From contig NC_058368.1 of NCBI RefSeq assembly GCF_018350175.1, positions 224,504,001 through 224,568,000 of the forward strand: a stretch of DNA of 64,000 nt, read 5' to 3'. The translations under genes and the position numbers were made by a program. Shown here in pieces: positions 40,362 through 53,444 of the stretch. Each line of letters opens with the position of its first letter. Position 1 is the first letter of the stretch. The DNA comes from Felis catus (Eukaryota). The notes under the pieces are model-generated. The model made no database searches. It worked only from the letters and a program-made list of their open reading frames with translations, and was not told the DNA's origin.

Positions 40362-40412
40362 AAAAGAAATAAATAAATATTAAAAAATTTAAAAAAATAA
40401 AAAATAAAAAAA
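40183..40412 (+). mobile_element. Older Can-SINE with internal deletion
   Basis: Head joins directly to gctctgggctgata...gtggagcctgcttg, then (CT)n and A tail. Confidence 0.85.
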
Positions 40413-42791
40413 GAGCAAAACAAAACAAAATCTAATCCAGCCTTCCTTTGACAATGGGCGATCTATACAAGTGATGCTGACTGGTCATAGTAAGGAGAAA
40501 AGAAAATGAAGCAGAGAGGTTGGAAAAAGTAGCATGTTCACTGAGATTTTAGGTAATGAAGATTTAGAGTTGTTTTCATGTATTTTTCATTTTTATAGAA
40601 TTCATTTTCCAAACGAGGGCAAAACAGCTTCCATAAACCTCTTGAAAAAGCATTGTAACACAAGTCAACTATCCTCCTGTCTGAGCATGATCTCAGATTC
40701 ATCCCTTTACATCAAGACAATCAAGAAAATTTTAGCTGGCTTGAATCAAGATTGCTAACATTAATTAACAACACTTCGGGAGAAATATCCACCTAAGCTT
40801 TATCCCCGAACAACCAAAAGAGATAAAACGTGAAGGAAAAAGGATTCTAAATTTCTCTCCATTGCCACACTGTGCTAAACTCTCCACTCTGGTTCTACAA
40901 CATGAGTACGTTAAAAAGTCATTATCAAGCATCATTATTCAGGATGAGAATCCATTAAGCACAGAGATTTGATTAAATGTATACTATCCTTTAGAGATCA
41001 AGATTGGAAATAGATAAAGTAATGACTGGTAGCATATACTAAGGTTTTCACAGTCATAGTCTTATATGTGGTTCATGTTCATCAACAGGCCAAACCATCA
41101 AATTGGCCGAAGGGAGAGGAAGGAAGAAAGGAAGGAAGGAAACATGCTGCTTAGAACAGAACAGGACCAGAGGGATATCAGGTGTTATTCAGCACCCTGA
41201 AAGGAGGGATAGTGATGTTCATTACTTTTTTATTGCAATCACCCAACAGCTGAAAGATTAACATTGTTTAGGGCCATAGTCTAGCAGCAACATCATTGAG
41301 GTTCGGTGTGTTCAAAGTCTTTATTTATTATGATTCTTTACTACACCATTAGATAAATAACTATATTTTTGTTGAAAGGGAAAGTATAAAATTTATTGCC
41401 CGAAATGTACAGGCCATATTTCTTGTCCTACACTAATTGGTGGGGAACATTTCTCACAACTATCTCCATTTCTCCCGTATCTACAAATCTCCCATTTCTC
41501 TCCTTGAGCAAGAAGGGCATTGATTCAGAATATGATGAATACCAACAAGACAAAATTGATTTAGAACTACTTGGACTAGCCCGTGTTGAATATCTGCCTA
41601 GTATCTGTAAAGGACCTTGTTTCATATTAAACTCTCAGTTTAGCAGAGAAAGCTGAAAGGGTCATTATACACGCTGAATCACTTGGTTCTCTCTTCCTAT
41701 TGATGGTATCACTCCTTGGAAAAACATGATATTACCGAAAAACAACAAATCAGTGGGGATTACGTTTGGTGTTTGTTACCTGATCATTAAAAGCAATGCA
41801 ATCATATTGAGTAAATCTTGGCTTCTCCGCAGATATCCATGAAAGTAATTTATTTTAATTACTCTGTACAAAAAGGGTGCATGCATTGAAATCAGAATTT
41901 ATATGCAAAATTAGCTTTATTTAGTTATCTATTAATTGGGCCTTCATTACATAATAGTAAAGTGGATTGTAAGGAAACCATCAAGTTTCAGAAAAGTATA
42001 TTATTTGTGAGAACTTAAGGAAGTTTTATAGTTGTATTTTTAGTTATGCAGTATTTTAGATTAAATTGGGGCTAATAATAATTTATTTATTTCTCCATGA
42101 CAGCATGACCCTGGTTTACATGCCAATTTACGAAAATATAATTCTGTTAGGTTTTATATTACATTACATCTCCAACAAGATACATGGTACCATTTCCATT
42201 GGAAATTCTCCAATTACTAAAAATGTGTATGCTCAGGAGGATAGTGCTTACTTAAAAATGTGCTCCCTTTCCAGTTAAAAATAACTCCCTGGAGATTCTG
42301 ATATGCTCCATCCAACAATCTTTTAAAACTTGTGCTTATGAAAGTCCACTGCTGGAAATGATTTGAATACTGTACTCTAAAATCAGCATGCCAGGGAGGT
42401 AAGTATGGGGATGTGCATTGCAGCATCCTTAACAATCAAACACAGATCCTGAAAGCAACGAGGTTGTTGAGAACAGGGGTCGGATAAATTGTCATTTGGC
42501 TCTATAATGAAACACTTTACTTTTAGATGGAATGAAGCGGATCCATTTGCTGTGACCTGTAAAGCATTACAAAATATATTAGATGGAAAAGTACGGAGCC
42601 CTGTATATGATATTATCATTTTTGCAAAACTCAAAAATACATCTATATCCTCTTTAGTTCCTGAACCAACATGTAGTGTGTCGCAAGTTTACAAAAGAAA
42701 ATACAGTGATTGTCTGTGGGATGATGGGCTGGGAGTCTTATAATAAAGTCAAGAGATATTCACCTTTACATATATCTAATACATGTATTGC

Positions 42792-43025
42792 TTTTTCTTT
42801 TCTTTTTTTTTTTAAGTTTATTTATTTATTTTGAGAGCGGGAGAGGGAGAGAGTGAGAGAACATGAGCAGGAGAGGAGCAGAGAGAGAGGGAGAGAGAAA
42901 AATCCCAAGCAGGCTCTGCACTCAGCGCAGAGCCCAATGCAGGGCTCAAACTCACGAAACCTGAGATCAAGACTTGAGCCAAGATCAAGAGTCAGACTCA
43001 ACCAATGGAACCACCCAGGTGCCCC
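42792..43025 (-). mobile_element. Can-SINE (older subfamily)
   Basis: aatcccaagcaggctctgcactcagcgcagagccc...ccacccaggtgcccc. Confidence 0.93.
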
Positions 43026-43334
43026 TGCATTTAAAAGCAAAGGTAATTATTATCAGAAAATTCAGAATACTTTCTGAGATAAGAAAGAGAAAGAAGATGT
43101 GGTTGAAAGTGTATCATAAGCCTAAGTACTTTCAAAGATTCTGAAGTTTCTGCTGCTGAACCTGAATGCTAATTATACAGCCCTCATTTTATAGTTATTC
43201 TTAAAAACATAAATACATTTTAATACTTCCTTCTACATACATACGATATGTGGCACAAAATAAAATTTCACCAAACGTAAACTTTTATAAAGCAGGATAA
43301 TATATTTCACCTGCATTATCTGTGTGCTATTTTA

Positions 43335-43551
43335 TTTTTTATTTTTTCCAACGTTTATTTATTTTTGGGACAGAGAGAGACAGAGCATGAACGGGGGAGG
43401 GGCAGAGAGAGAGGGAGACACAGAATCGGAAACAGGCTCCAGGCTCTGAGCCATCGGCCCAGAGCCCGACGCGGGGCTCGAACTCACGGACCGCGAGATC
43501 GTGACCTGGCTGAAGTCGGACGCTTAACCGACTGCGCCACCCAGGCGCCCC
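43335..43551 (-). mobile_element. Young feline SINE (SINEC_Fc-type)
   Basis: CpG-intact. 14-bp TSD tgtgtgctatttta at 43321-43334 and 43553-43566. Confidence 0.98.
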
Positions 43552-44259
43552 GTGTGTGCTATTTTAAAACGGAGTCTATTCCTGACTAAATTTTCTGTTC
43601 TCCAAATGTTAGTAGCGGCATTCCTCTTGATGTTATTTTTTTAAGGTAATTTATGACAAATTATTCATCTGTACCATGAGATAAAATTTCTATCATTGAA
43701 ATCTCATTAGATTTTATCCTTTAAGATAAGTTTCACTTTGTATATAATTATTAAAGGTTGACAAAGCTCTAAAACAAACTTTGTCTATGGATGTATTTCT
43801 GCCTCGTCTCAAGTGTCACATTTTCTGTTCTTTCAGCCCTATTTAAGTATACATATATATGGCACATATTTCTTAAGATTTAAATTCTATTCCTGGCTTG
43901 AGGCTAAATATTTAGTTTACCTCTGGTTCTTACCGCATTGAGAACTTTGAGATCTTATTCTGAGCATTAGTTATTGCCTTCGCTTTCAAGTTATCTGGAA
44001 ATATCATTTTGTACTGCACAAGTTTAATTTCCTTCCATCTTCCACTTTCTCAGGCCTCAAGTTAGGGTTTTCTTCATATACTGTATTCTTTTATAGCATC
44101 TAATCTTTTTTTAAAATTCATATTGAAGTAACTTTTGAGCTGACTTAGGAAAAATGTTTTATTAAAATTACAGAGAATGAACAAGAGAGAGTATTTTACG
44201 AATTTGCAATGACCTAAACATATGACTTCATTACATTATAACTAAAGGTACTTATGACC

Positions 44260-44543
44260 TATAATATATGCCTATATATATGTTTTATATATTTATTACC
44301 TATATATATTTATATATATTATTTATATTATATATAATTTATATTATAAATTATAAAATAATATATAATATTAATATATATAAATTATATAATATATAAA
44401 ATTATATTATAATGTATAATATAATTTATATAATATAATTTTATATATTATATATAATTTATTTATATTATAATTATAAATATAATTTATATTATATTAT
44501 ATATATAAATGTATAACATTTATATATTATTACATGTATATAT
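44260..44543. repeat. AT-rich low-complexity tract (degenerate TA/TTATA repeats)
   Basis: About 280 bp with only a handful of G/C bases. Confidence 0.95.
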
Positions 44544-44559
44544 TCACCATGCTCTAGTA

Positions 44560-45560
44560 ACTTCCTGAACATAAAGGAAAATTACATTGCCAAGGTTCCT
44601 TTCCAATATAGTTTGAAGCCAAATGTTTGAGATCTGGTCAATGGAATATAGTCAGATGTGATATGTCACTTCTAAACTTCGTCCTTCTAAAAAAGATGCA
44701 CTCCTCTGTTCCCCTGCCATGTAATCAAAAACCTACTTGTTACAGTGGGCACAGGTGTATACACAACGGAAGGAATTCAGATCTCAGAGCCAGTGCTTAG
44801 AGGAGAAGTGTGGAAAGAACTGACTGTCCCGCATCACACAGCAAGCCAAGTGAGACATATACCTTTATTTTATTAAGCCATTGATATTTCTGGTGAGACT
44901 TGTTTCTTCCTACTTACTTCTGTCCAGGACAGAAAGAGGTATCTTGAGCAGGGATGCTGCTATCATTTTTTTAAAAAAAAATTTTAGCGTTTATTTATTT
45001 GAGAGAGACAGAGCATGAGCAGGGAGGGGCAGAGAGAGAGGGAGACACAGAATCCGAAGCAGGCTCCAGGCTCTGAGCTGTCGTCAGCACAGAGCCCGAC
45101 GCGGGGCATGAACTCACACACCATGAAATCATGACCTGAGCCGAGGTCAGATGGTAAACTGATTGAGCCACCCAGGCGCCCCTGCTGCTATCAAATTTTT
45201 TTAAATAAAAATAAAAAATCTTAAACAGTGAGGACCAATAAGGTAACTTATTTCACAGGTTTAAAACTTGCGATGATTCTTCTGTAGAGTAGCCAATATT
45301 TTGTCATAGCAACTCTTTCCTGCAGTGGCCTAGAAGACAATAATTGCAAGAGTAGGTGATTCCAGAAATAATTTGCTGTTTGTTTGGTGTAAATAAAAGG
45401 AAATACATTATCCAGAAATGTGGGCATTTTTAGGACTGGAAAAGCTGGATGCTTTTAGATCCTAAACAGTGAGGGATCGGATTTCAGAACACTGTGACAA
45501 CAAAAACTAGAAAAAAATTTGGGGGTAAATAATGTGTCTTAGGGTAAAGTCCAGATTTAG
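44560..45560 (+). mobile_element. Old MLT1 LTR followed by the start of MaLR internal sequence
   Basis: LTR motifs tctggtcaatggaatata...gtcacttcta and ttattaagccattgatatt, end ...ggaca (~44931). Then gaaagaggtatc...gggatgctgctat, resembling the MLT-int 5' end. Confidence 0.6.
44966..45182 (-). mobile_element. Can-SINE
   Basis: TSD tgctgctatca at 44955-44965 and 45183-45193. Confidence 0.96.
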
Positions 45561-45849
45561 GGGGAAACTTCTCATCTATTGTTTTTCAGTCTCTTCAAGG
45601 TGGCTTCCATCAGATTGAGGTAAAGAAACATGAAAGTGAGAAAAAAAAATAGTGTTCAGAGTTAGCTTATGTAAAGAACTTTTGGACAGGACACTGGAAA
45701 CAAAGACATACATGACTAGGTCTTTGACATCTCTATATGTATCTATACATAAGCCATGAGACATTTCCTCCCTCTAAAAAATTCTTTACATTGCTGGATA
45801 TTTGCTAATATCCCTGGATATTTGCTACGAAGTCATAGAAGGGGTAGAT

Positions 45850-47440
45850 GGGTGAGTGAGGACAAGTTTGCAATGTCAACATAGTTTTTCAATCTCGGCA
45901 AATCCCTCAGAAGACAACAAAACAACGAAGCAACTATAAAGTCTAGGGGAAAAAAAGAAAAAAAACACCTCAAAATAATATCCACAAAAAAAGAAAGTGA
46001 CAAAATCTCGTAAACCTCAAAATCTAGGAAGCCAGGCCACTCTTGGAAACCATGAAGACATGATATAAGCAACTCTGTGGGATGAAATCACAGATCATCC
46101 TGAGACCCAAGGGACCCTAAAGTCCCTAACAAAGGGAGAAGTTTTCATCTTAGTGGATGGGCTGAGGTCAACAGCTAAAACTGGGAAGAGTCGGATAAAG
46201 AAGGGCCACTGGTGCTGGCCTAGCTTAGGAGGAAAGAGCTCAGGAAAGCAAACAGCTCATGTGCTGTTCCAAACCATAGATCAACAAAGAGAAGCTTCTA
46301 CAAGGAGAACCAGAATTGTGGACAGGAAGACCAACAGCAAAGGTAAGAGAAGATTTTTTTTTTTACTTTTTTTTTTTAATGTTGATTTATATTTGAGAGA
46401 GAGAGAAGGACAGGGCACAAGTAGGGGAGAGAGGGAAATATAGAATCTTGAAGTAGGCTCCACCCTGTGAGCTGTCAGTACAGAGCCCCACACAGGGCTC
46501 GAACTCATGACCTGAGCCAAAGTCAGACACTTAACTGACTGAGCCACCCAGACACCTGAAGAAGATTCTTAGAAAAAAAGAAAAAAACTTTTTGGTGACA
46601 ACAAAGTAAAGAACCTTAGGATCACGAAGCTAGAAAGTTCAATGTGGCCCACCCCCTCCAGTCGCCTACACAGAAACCTCCCTGTAAATGCGTAGAAAAG
46701 TCATTGCGTTCAAAGAAGAGATACCAGTAAGGTGCAACTCAAGCTGACCCAAAGATTTAAAAAATAATAATAATAATTAGGTGACAACAGCCTAATGAAT
46801 ATGAAGAGAATGGAAAGACATGCTCAAAAAACATGAAAACCAAAAATACGATATTTCAAAACAAACTACAAGTAATCAAGAGCACAACAGAAGCTGTGAA
46901 GAACAGTATAATCACAATGAGAGAAACGTAATTATGAATAATTACATGCAAATGAGAACACAAAAGGGAAACTGACAAAGGGAAAGAATTAGGATTCAGT
47001 AGAAAAGATTTAGAAAGAGAAGAAAAAAACCGATTGTGAAAAAAATACTAAACCGAATACAACACGACGGAGCTGAGATTAAACAGATTTAAGAGGAAAG
47101 AAAGGATATAAGAGAAGGGCAGAGAAAATCAACCACCACAGAAGAAAACTGGCCCAAGGGGAAATATCAAATGGTAATGTCGACAGTGAAAATAACTTTC
47201 TTAAAAAGTATAGTTGATCTCACATATTCGGAATGAACACTATATATTTAGGAAAATCATTCCGTGACAGTAAAAACCTAGATAAGTAAAATGACTAACC
47301 TTAAAAAAAGGTGGGGGGGGGGGATAACATTGGGCATCTAGACCACAAAATCAGTTTCTTATGATCAAAAGATAACCAGGTTGGTAATGAATTGTTTCAA
47401 GTTGTCTGCAAATGCAGAAGAGGTACGAGTAAATGTACCA
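45850..47440 (+). mobile_element. Ancient HAL1 / L1M ORF1-like remnant
   Basis: Strongly A-rich plus strand with gaaaataactttcttaaa, tgggcatctagaccacaaaatcagtttctta and aaatgcagaagaggtacgagtaaatgt, resembling the L1 ORF1 C-terminal half. Confidence 0.45.
46356..46556 (-). mobile_element. Can-SINE
   Basis: Reverse SINE. TSD agaagatt at 46348-46355 and 46560-46567. Confidence 0.92.
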
Positions 47441-49144
47441 TGATACCATGATACAATGATACCATGAAACCCTCCTCTCACATCTGTGTAAAGAGAATAT
47501 TCTTAGGAGTTCATTTGGTAGAAAACTTTGTAATGTATATATATATATTTTTCCTATAAAGTTGGTGCTACACTTTTAACCTAGTTCCAAGTACACAATA
47601 TCTGATTTTTTGTAGATTAAGATTATTTTAATTTTATATCTGCATCATTCACTGTGTCTCTCAGCTATAAGATTCTAGCAAAATAAAAAGGTTTTACTCC
47701 AGGCTATGTATCTCTAAAATACTCAGAACATGTCATTATAGCATCATCGGGAGTTACAATTTCCAGCATTTCAATGTCCTGAGAGCCACTCTAGAAGTAA
47801 CGTTGCATATTACAAGCTGCATGGCCTTCATTCTTTTTACACTGCTTAGAAGTTGTTTTACTAAATATAAACACAGACTATCAGACAAGGTTACAAAGAT
47901 TAGAATTCTGATGTCTAATTTCCATTATTCTGTTTTGTATATTTAAATTCTTTTTTCTTAAGCATAATTGACACAGACCACATTAATTTCAAGTGTAATC
48001 ATATTAATTTATGTGTAGTTTATATGAAGCTATTTGCTCTCTAAAAGACCCTAGGGAGAATCTGGGCTAAATAACCTTAATCCAGCTGGGGGGGGGGGGG
48101 AAGAAAGATGTTTCCAATCTGATTAATGCACTAAAGCTCTCAGGTGTGCATTAGACAAGAACAGTGGCCTAAGCCTCAATCATGTGTACCCATTACCATC
48201 TGTACCCACTCTCAAAAGTCACTATAATCCACATTTTTCTTAAAAAAATAAAAGGTTCATAAAAGGAGGCTATAAGATTTTTAAAATAGAAATACCTAAT
48301 CCATTAGGAAAAGAGTTTTATCGGGGAAAATCTATAAACAAGTGTTGCATTTTTATTCTGAAAAAAAAAAATCAGCCCTGCGATGATGAAGAGTCGATAA
48401 AGATATTTCAGAATGTAAATACCACTAAATGTTATTTTTTAAAGATCAAAGAGAAATTAGTCTTTTCTAAGTTGTTTTTAGTGAGTATTACTATAATGAG
48501 GAATATATCACAAAACCCGCAAAAGGTGAGATAATTGATATGAGGAAGTAGACTTTCCAATTGTAATTTCTACAGTAAAAGAAAAAAATATGCATGTTTC
48601 TGCTCAATAAAACAAGAACATAAAGAAAGCTTTTACGCAGGTCCAGAGGGAATATTATACAAAAGGATTCAATTCAAGACAATCCGACAGCAAATGAAAT
48701 GATACGTGTGGAAATGATTTGTGGTTTTAAGAAGAAAATACAATGTATACCCAAAGTAGGGATTTGGAGTAACATCATGATACTTGTTCTTTCAAATGAT
48801 ACTTGTACAACTAAAATATACATTTAACCCAAAGCCCCTAAACCTTCTGCAGCAAACAAAATATTTCAACATATTTCCCAGCGTGGAGATACAAACCTTA
48901 GATTTCTTGCCAAGTAGTAATTAGGCAAACTAAATAAGAATATGGCAATTAGTCAAAGTCACTCAGGTTCAGAATTGAACATGCTCTATATTTTTAAAAC
49001 ACAATATAAGTTGCTTCTCTGTCCATCCTGAAACAACATGGAATGAAGCACAAAAACTATTATAATAATGTGAAAATTTAACATAAAAATACCTCTACTA
49101 CCACTCTGACCAAATGAAATACTCTTGACATATAAATAGGTTTT

Positions 49145-49197
49145 AGATAGATAGATATAGAAAGATAGATAACGAGAGAGAGAGAGAGAGAGAGAGA
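49145..49197. repeat. Compound (TAGA)n/(GA)n microsatellite
   Basis: Direct reading. Confidence 0.9.
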
Positions 49198-49336
49198 ATA
49201 ACACATAGCTCATGTCAAAGTTGTCCTTATTTTCATGAAGAATGAAGAAAATTTTGTTAAGTACTTACTCCTTATCCATCAAAAATGAAACACATTTTAT
49301 GAAAAAGCATAAAGTTTTCAAAATCATACAAGGTCA

Positions 49337-49542
49337 GGGCACGCCTGGGTGGCTCAATCTGTTAAGCATCTGACTTTGGCTCAGCTCATGATCTCGGGGT
49401 CCATAAGTTTGAGCCCCTCGTCGTGCTCTGTGCTGACAGCTCAGAGCCTGAAACCTGCTTTGGATTCTGTGTCTCCCTCTCTCTCTGCCCCTCCCCTGCC
49501 TGCACTCTGTCTCTGTCAAAAATAATTAAAAATTTGTTTTAA
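49337..49542 (+). mobile_element. Can-SINE
   Basis: 17-bp TSD aaaatcata(c/a)aaggtca at 49320-49336 and 49543-49559. Confidence 0.96.
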
Positions 49543-50029
49543 AAAATCATAAAAGGTCAACTAAAACTGAATGAAAGACCATTACAGAAATAATGTTTTG
49601 GCTACAAATACCATTGATTTAATACATTTATTACATTACAATTTATGCAAATCAATGGACTATTTGAATCAAGAGGAAAGTTAAGAGTAAAAACCTGCCA
49701 GATTGCTTTACAAATTTACCGTGGAAATGTTTAGGAAATAAATAGGGTTCTATATAAATGCCTCTGATAAATTGCCCTATCAAGCTTGCTTTCAACTCTA
49801 TATACCAGTGTTTATTCAATGATTTCAATGGCAGTTAAAGGGTTTCTCTAAGGGCTCTGAAATTCTTTTATCCATTTATAAATCCAAATTTATAAAATTT
49901 GCTTGAAACAAGGAAACTAGACAGGTAGAAAAATAAAAGTCACAATTTTCATTAACAAATGTGTAGCACTTAGTCACATTTTGCCGCTTGTTAAATGCTG
50001 AATATTAAAAAAAAAAAAAAAAAAAGTAT

Positions 50030-50254
50030 GGGGCGCCTGGGTGGCGCAGTCGGTTGAGCGTCCGACTTCAGCCAGGTCACGATCTCGCGGTCCGTGAGTT
50101 CGAGCCCCGCGTCGGGCTCTGGGCTGATGGCTCGGAGCCTGGAGCCTGTTTCCGATTCTGTGTCTCCCTCTCTCTCTGCCCCTCCCCCGTTCATGCTCTG
50201 TCTCTCTCTGTCCCAAAAATAAATAAACGTTGAAAAAAAATTAAAAAAAAAAAA
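50030..50254 (+). mobile_element. Young feline SINE (SINEC_Fc-type), inserted next to a poly-A tract
   Basis: CpG-intact, with the same diagnostic positions as 39899. Confidence 0.98.
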
Positions 50255-51319
50255 GCAAAGGAGAGCTGTACTTCCAGAGGATGTAAGTATAAAGCATAAA
50301 GAAAGTAATCGGTGATAAGCTAGGAAGTTGCTTTTTTATAAAGTTGAACAAAACAAACCAAAATGAGCCATAAAAATACATAATGCATTTCTTATATTGA
50401 CTTTGATGAAGGCTAAATTGTTCAATTGTTCCATACCAAAACAGACAAACAAACCTGCTCTTGGCTGTACCTTGATTTAGAGACGGAATAGTTCATAAAC
50501 TCTATCCTATACTGCAAAACATATCAACTCTGTTTAAAGGCCAGAAATTATTCTGAAGTCATCGCATTGGTGTGTGGATGCAATGACATGTCTATCATTC
50601 TGTCTCATGAAGCAGTCAATGTTTACCACCATTAATACAAGACCATTATTCCATTCCACAGGGTACCGCTAGGTAATTATAAAGCCCTTGGTTAAAAACG
50701 ACGTGAAAGAATGTTTCAAAGAGTGAATATACATAGTAAAGGATGTTGGGAGGGGCCACACGTCCTGGCGTTTAGCAACGTTATATATTTTACCCACCAG
50801 TGGTAACCTTTGTTTTCACGAACCTACACTGGTAGCTGAATGTGACCAAAATCTGTAGTATACATTTTCACTTTGTGTGTGTGTGTGTGTTGGGTTAGAA
50901 ATTGCTCTCGCATTTAACAACTTTAACACAGCCACCTTTCCAAAAGCTCAGGACTCGGGGACAGAGCCCGCAGAGTGTGACTGGATGTGGATGACCAAGC
51001 CACTCAAAGCCAGAGTCCTGCCGGCTCCTTTGAAGATGTTTGGAATTTGAACACTTTGATCATGAAGTCAGCATCAAACCCCGAGGATCCAGGAAGCGTC
51101 ACTGCAGAGCATGGGCCCCGCACACGGCAAGTTGATTCAGGCTTTCAGTGGAATTTCTGGCTTGAGAACACGCCTCGCTAGAGACGGGAGTTTTGTGCAG
51201 AAGCGAAAATTTCAGAGATGCAAAAGCCCAGTAATGTGTTAATCCATCATTCACTGACCTGTTTAAAGAATCAAGCACCTTCCTTAGACATAGGGATACC
51301 AAAAGCACTCTACCGACCC

Positions 51320-51749
51320 GGTATCATCTTTGATAATTGAAATCTTTGCAACTTCACCAGTTTAAGGGAAGTTGGTCTCCCTAGTGAGGCTCAGTTCTCT
51401 TCATCAAACAGCCCTAATTTATTTCCCCTCTTGTAGCTACCTCCTGGGCAGTCTGTGTCCAGTGACTGAGTAGTCATATGCTGCATGTACAGGTCCCATG
51501 CAAGCATGAATCCGGTTTCACCGACGACCAGTGTCCTGACTCGCTCTATCGTAGACCATTAGTGAAGGCTACGTCGGCCTCAAAGTACCCGTGAGGTCAG
51601 CTGGGCTCTTTTGGCTGTCACCACAGGGTAGCCCACCCTCTCCCAGATGCCTCACCTGTCCCCTTAGTTTCCCATACACAGGTATTCGTTCCCAGGCAAT
51701 TCCCTGACTACCTCAGACGCTGCTTCCCAGGGACCCCTACTCATGAGAA
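51320..51749 (+). mobile_element. LTR16-like ERVL solo LTR
   Basis: 3' end acacaggtattcgttccc...ctacctcagacgctgcttcccagggacccctactcatgaga resembles the recalled LTR16 terminus (ctcagagtctgcttcccagggaacccaacc). Confidence 0.65.
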
Positions 51750-52303
51750 ACACTGTTTATCTGTATCAGTAGATGTTCCCCTAGACTTTCTCCCTTGTCT
51801 GTTTTGCCCTCACCACTTAGTTTGCTTCCTGGGTTTCGTATCTACAAGACAAATGGAACGGGGATAGCCCTGGCCCGCTGACACAAACAAGCGTCATGTT
51901 CTTCCCACTAATTCAGAACCCAAATTGCAAGGACCGCAGAGTCACGTGCAGGCGTGAGAAAGAATGCAGGCCCAGAGATGCAAATTTTGTGGATTATAAT
52001 CTCCTGGAACCTGCACGTGGGCCTTGTGGGGGTTTGATGTGGGAGGAGACGTAATGATACCCAGGGTGCGGTAAGTGACAGGTAAGGTGACCAACTGTGC
52101 CTGTTGCTTGTGATATTACTGTTTTCATCACTGGAAGACTCCTGAGGAGGAAACTTCTCGGTCACAGGGAAACTGGGACGCTTGGTCATCCTGTGGCCAA
52201 TACACATTAGCCCTTTTTTATGAAGTATATAAAACCCAGAGCAGAGACTGAGAATCTTGTTGCCTATAGAAACTGCCACTCAAGGCAGCTTAAGACTTAT
52301 TTT

Positions 52304-52526
52304 TTTTTAAATTTTTTTTTCAACTCTTTTTATTTATTTTTGGGACAGAGAGAGACAGAGCATGAACGGGGGAGGGGCAGAGTGAGAGGGAGACACAGAA
52401 TCGGAAACAGGCTCCAGGCTCCGAGCCATCAGCCCGGAGCCTGACGCGGGGCTCGAACTCACGGACCGCGAGATCGTGACCTGGCTGAAGTTGGACGCTT
52501 AACCGACTGCGCCACCCAGGCGCCCC
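52304..52526 (-). mobile_element. Young feline SINE (SINEC_Fc-type)
   Basis: Perfect 17-bp TSD agcttaagacttatttt at 52287-52303 and 52527-52543. Confidence 0.98.
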
Positions 52527-53444
52527 AGCTTAAGACTTATTTTAAAGGCTCATATGGTGGTTCACACAAGGATGTCATTTTAAAACTACGAGTCCTCTCA
52601 CAGCGCCTGCATTCACTCATGAGTCTCAAACCGGACACATAACAAAAAAGTCCCAGTTCTCAAATTGTGAACATCTTAAATGTGAATAACTTGGGAAAAT
52701 ACCCTCGCTTTCCTGCCTTTGGAAGCCCATCTCAACCAGCCATCAGCCCATGGAGAACATTTTTTCACTCCAGCTTTCTGCCACACCGGGACAATAAATC
52801 ATACCTTTGTATTCCTAAAGCCTGAGTCATGGAAATAGTTTTATTTTACGTAAAATTTCATTTTGTAATTACTATTAGGCATTTGTCTCACCTTACAGAT
52901 TTATGCTTTTGCAAACTTGCTGATCTATACTGCTTTCACCAATAATTTACTCTGGCTTCCCTGTAACCTTTGCAACCATAATTTCTCTATCTTTTGAAAT
53001 TTAAAATAATTCTAAAGTATGTGTGCTGTCCTGTTGTATTATTTTTGTCGTCGTTGTTATAAGCCATAACATAACCTCTGTCTTCATGTGGATAAAGTAA
53101 AATCAAGTTTTAGAGGTTCACAAGACCTCCTTTCATGATTCAATTTTCAGTTATCTGAATAACAGGAGGTAACAATTCCCAAGGGAGGCATCCAAAGTGT
53201 CTTAGACTAACTGCTCCATTTTCTATTTTGCCAATTACACAGAATATGGTAACTATACTAATATGGCACAAATTGTAAAAAAAAAAAAAAATCAATGTTA
53301 AATAAGAATTTTATTAATGAAGTAAGCTGCCCAGAATGCAAGGTGTAATTAGTAGTCAATATTTTGCAGAGGGGCATTAAATACTTTGTCATATTAAATA
53401 AATAAAATTCATAAAAGAACATGTAAGAACAGCCGGGAGGATTG

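Noticed and set aside
42489..42743. 84-aa ORF with protein-like composition
   Set aside because: The nucleotide sequence resembles an ancient L1ME 3' end, and there is no exon evidence.
43365..43589. Recurrent ORFs MGQRETEHERGRGRERGRHRIGNRLQA... (also 39831, 49974, 52220)
   Set aside because: These are antisense translations of SINEC_Fc copies, not a gene family.
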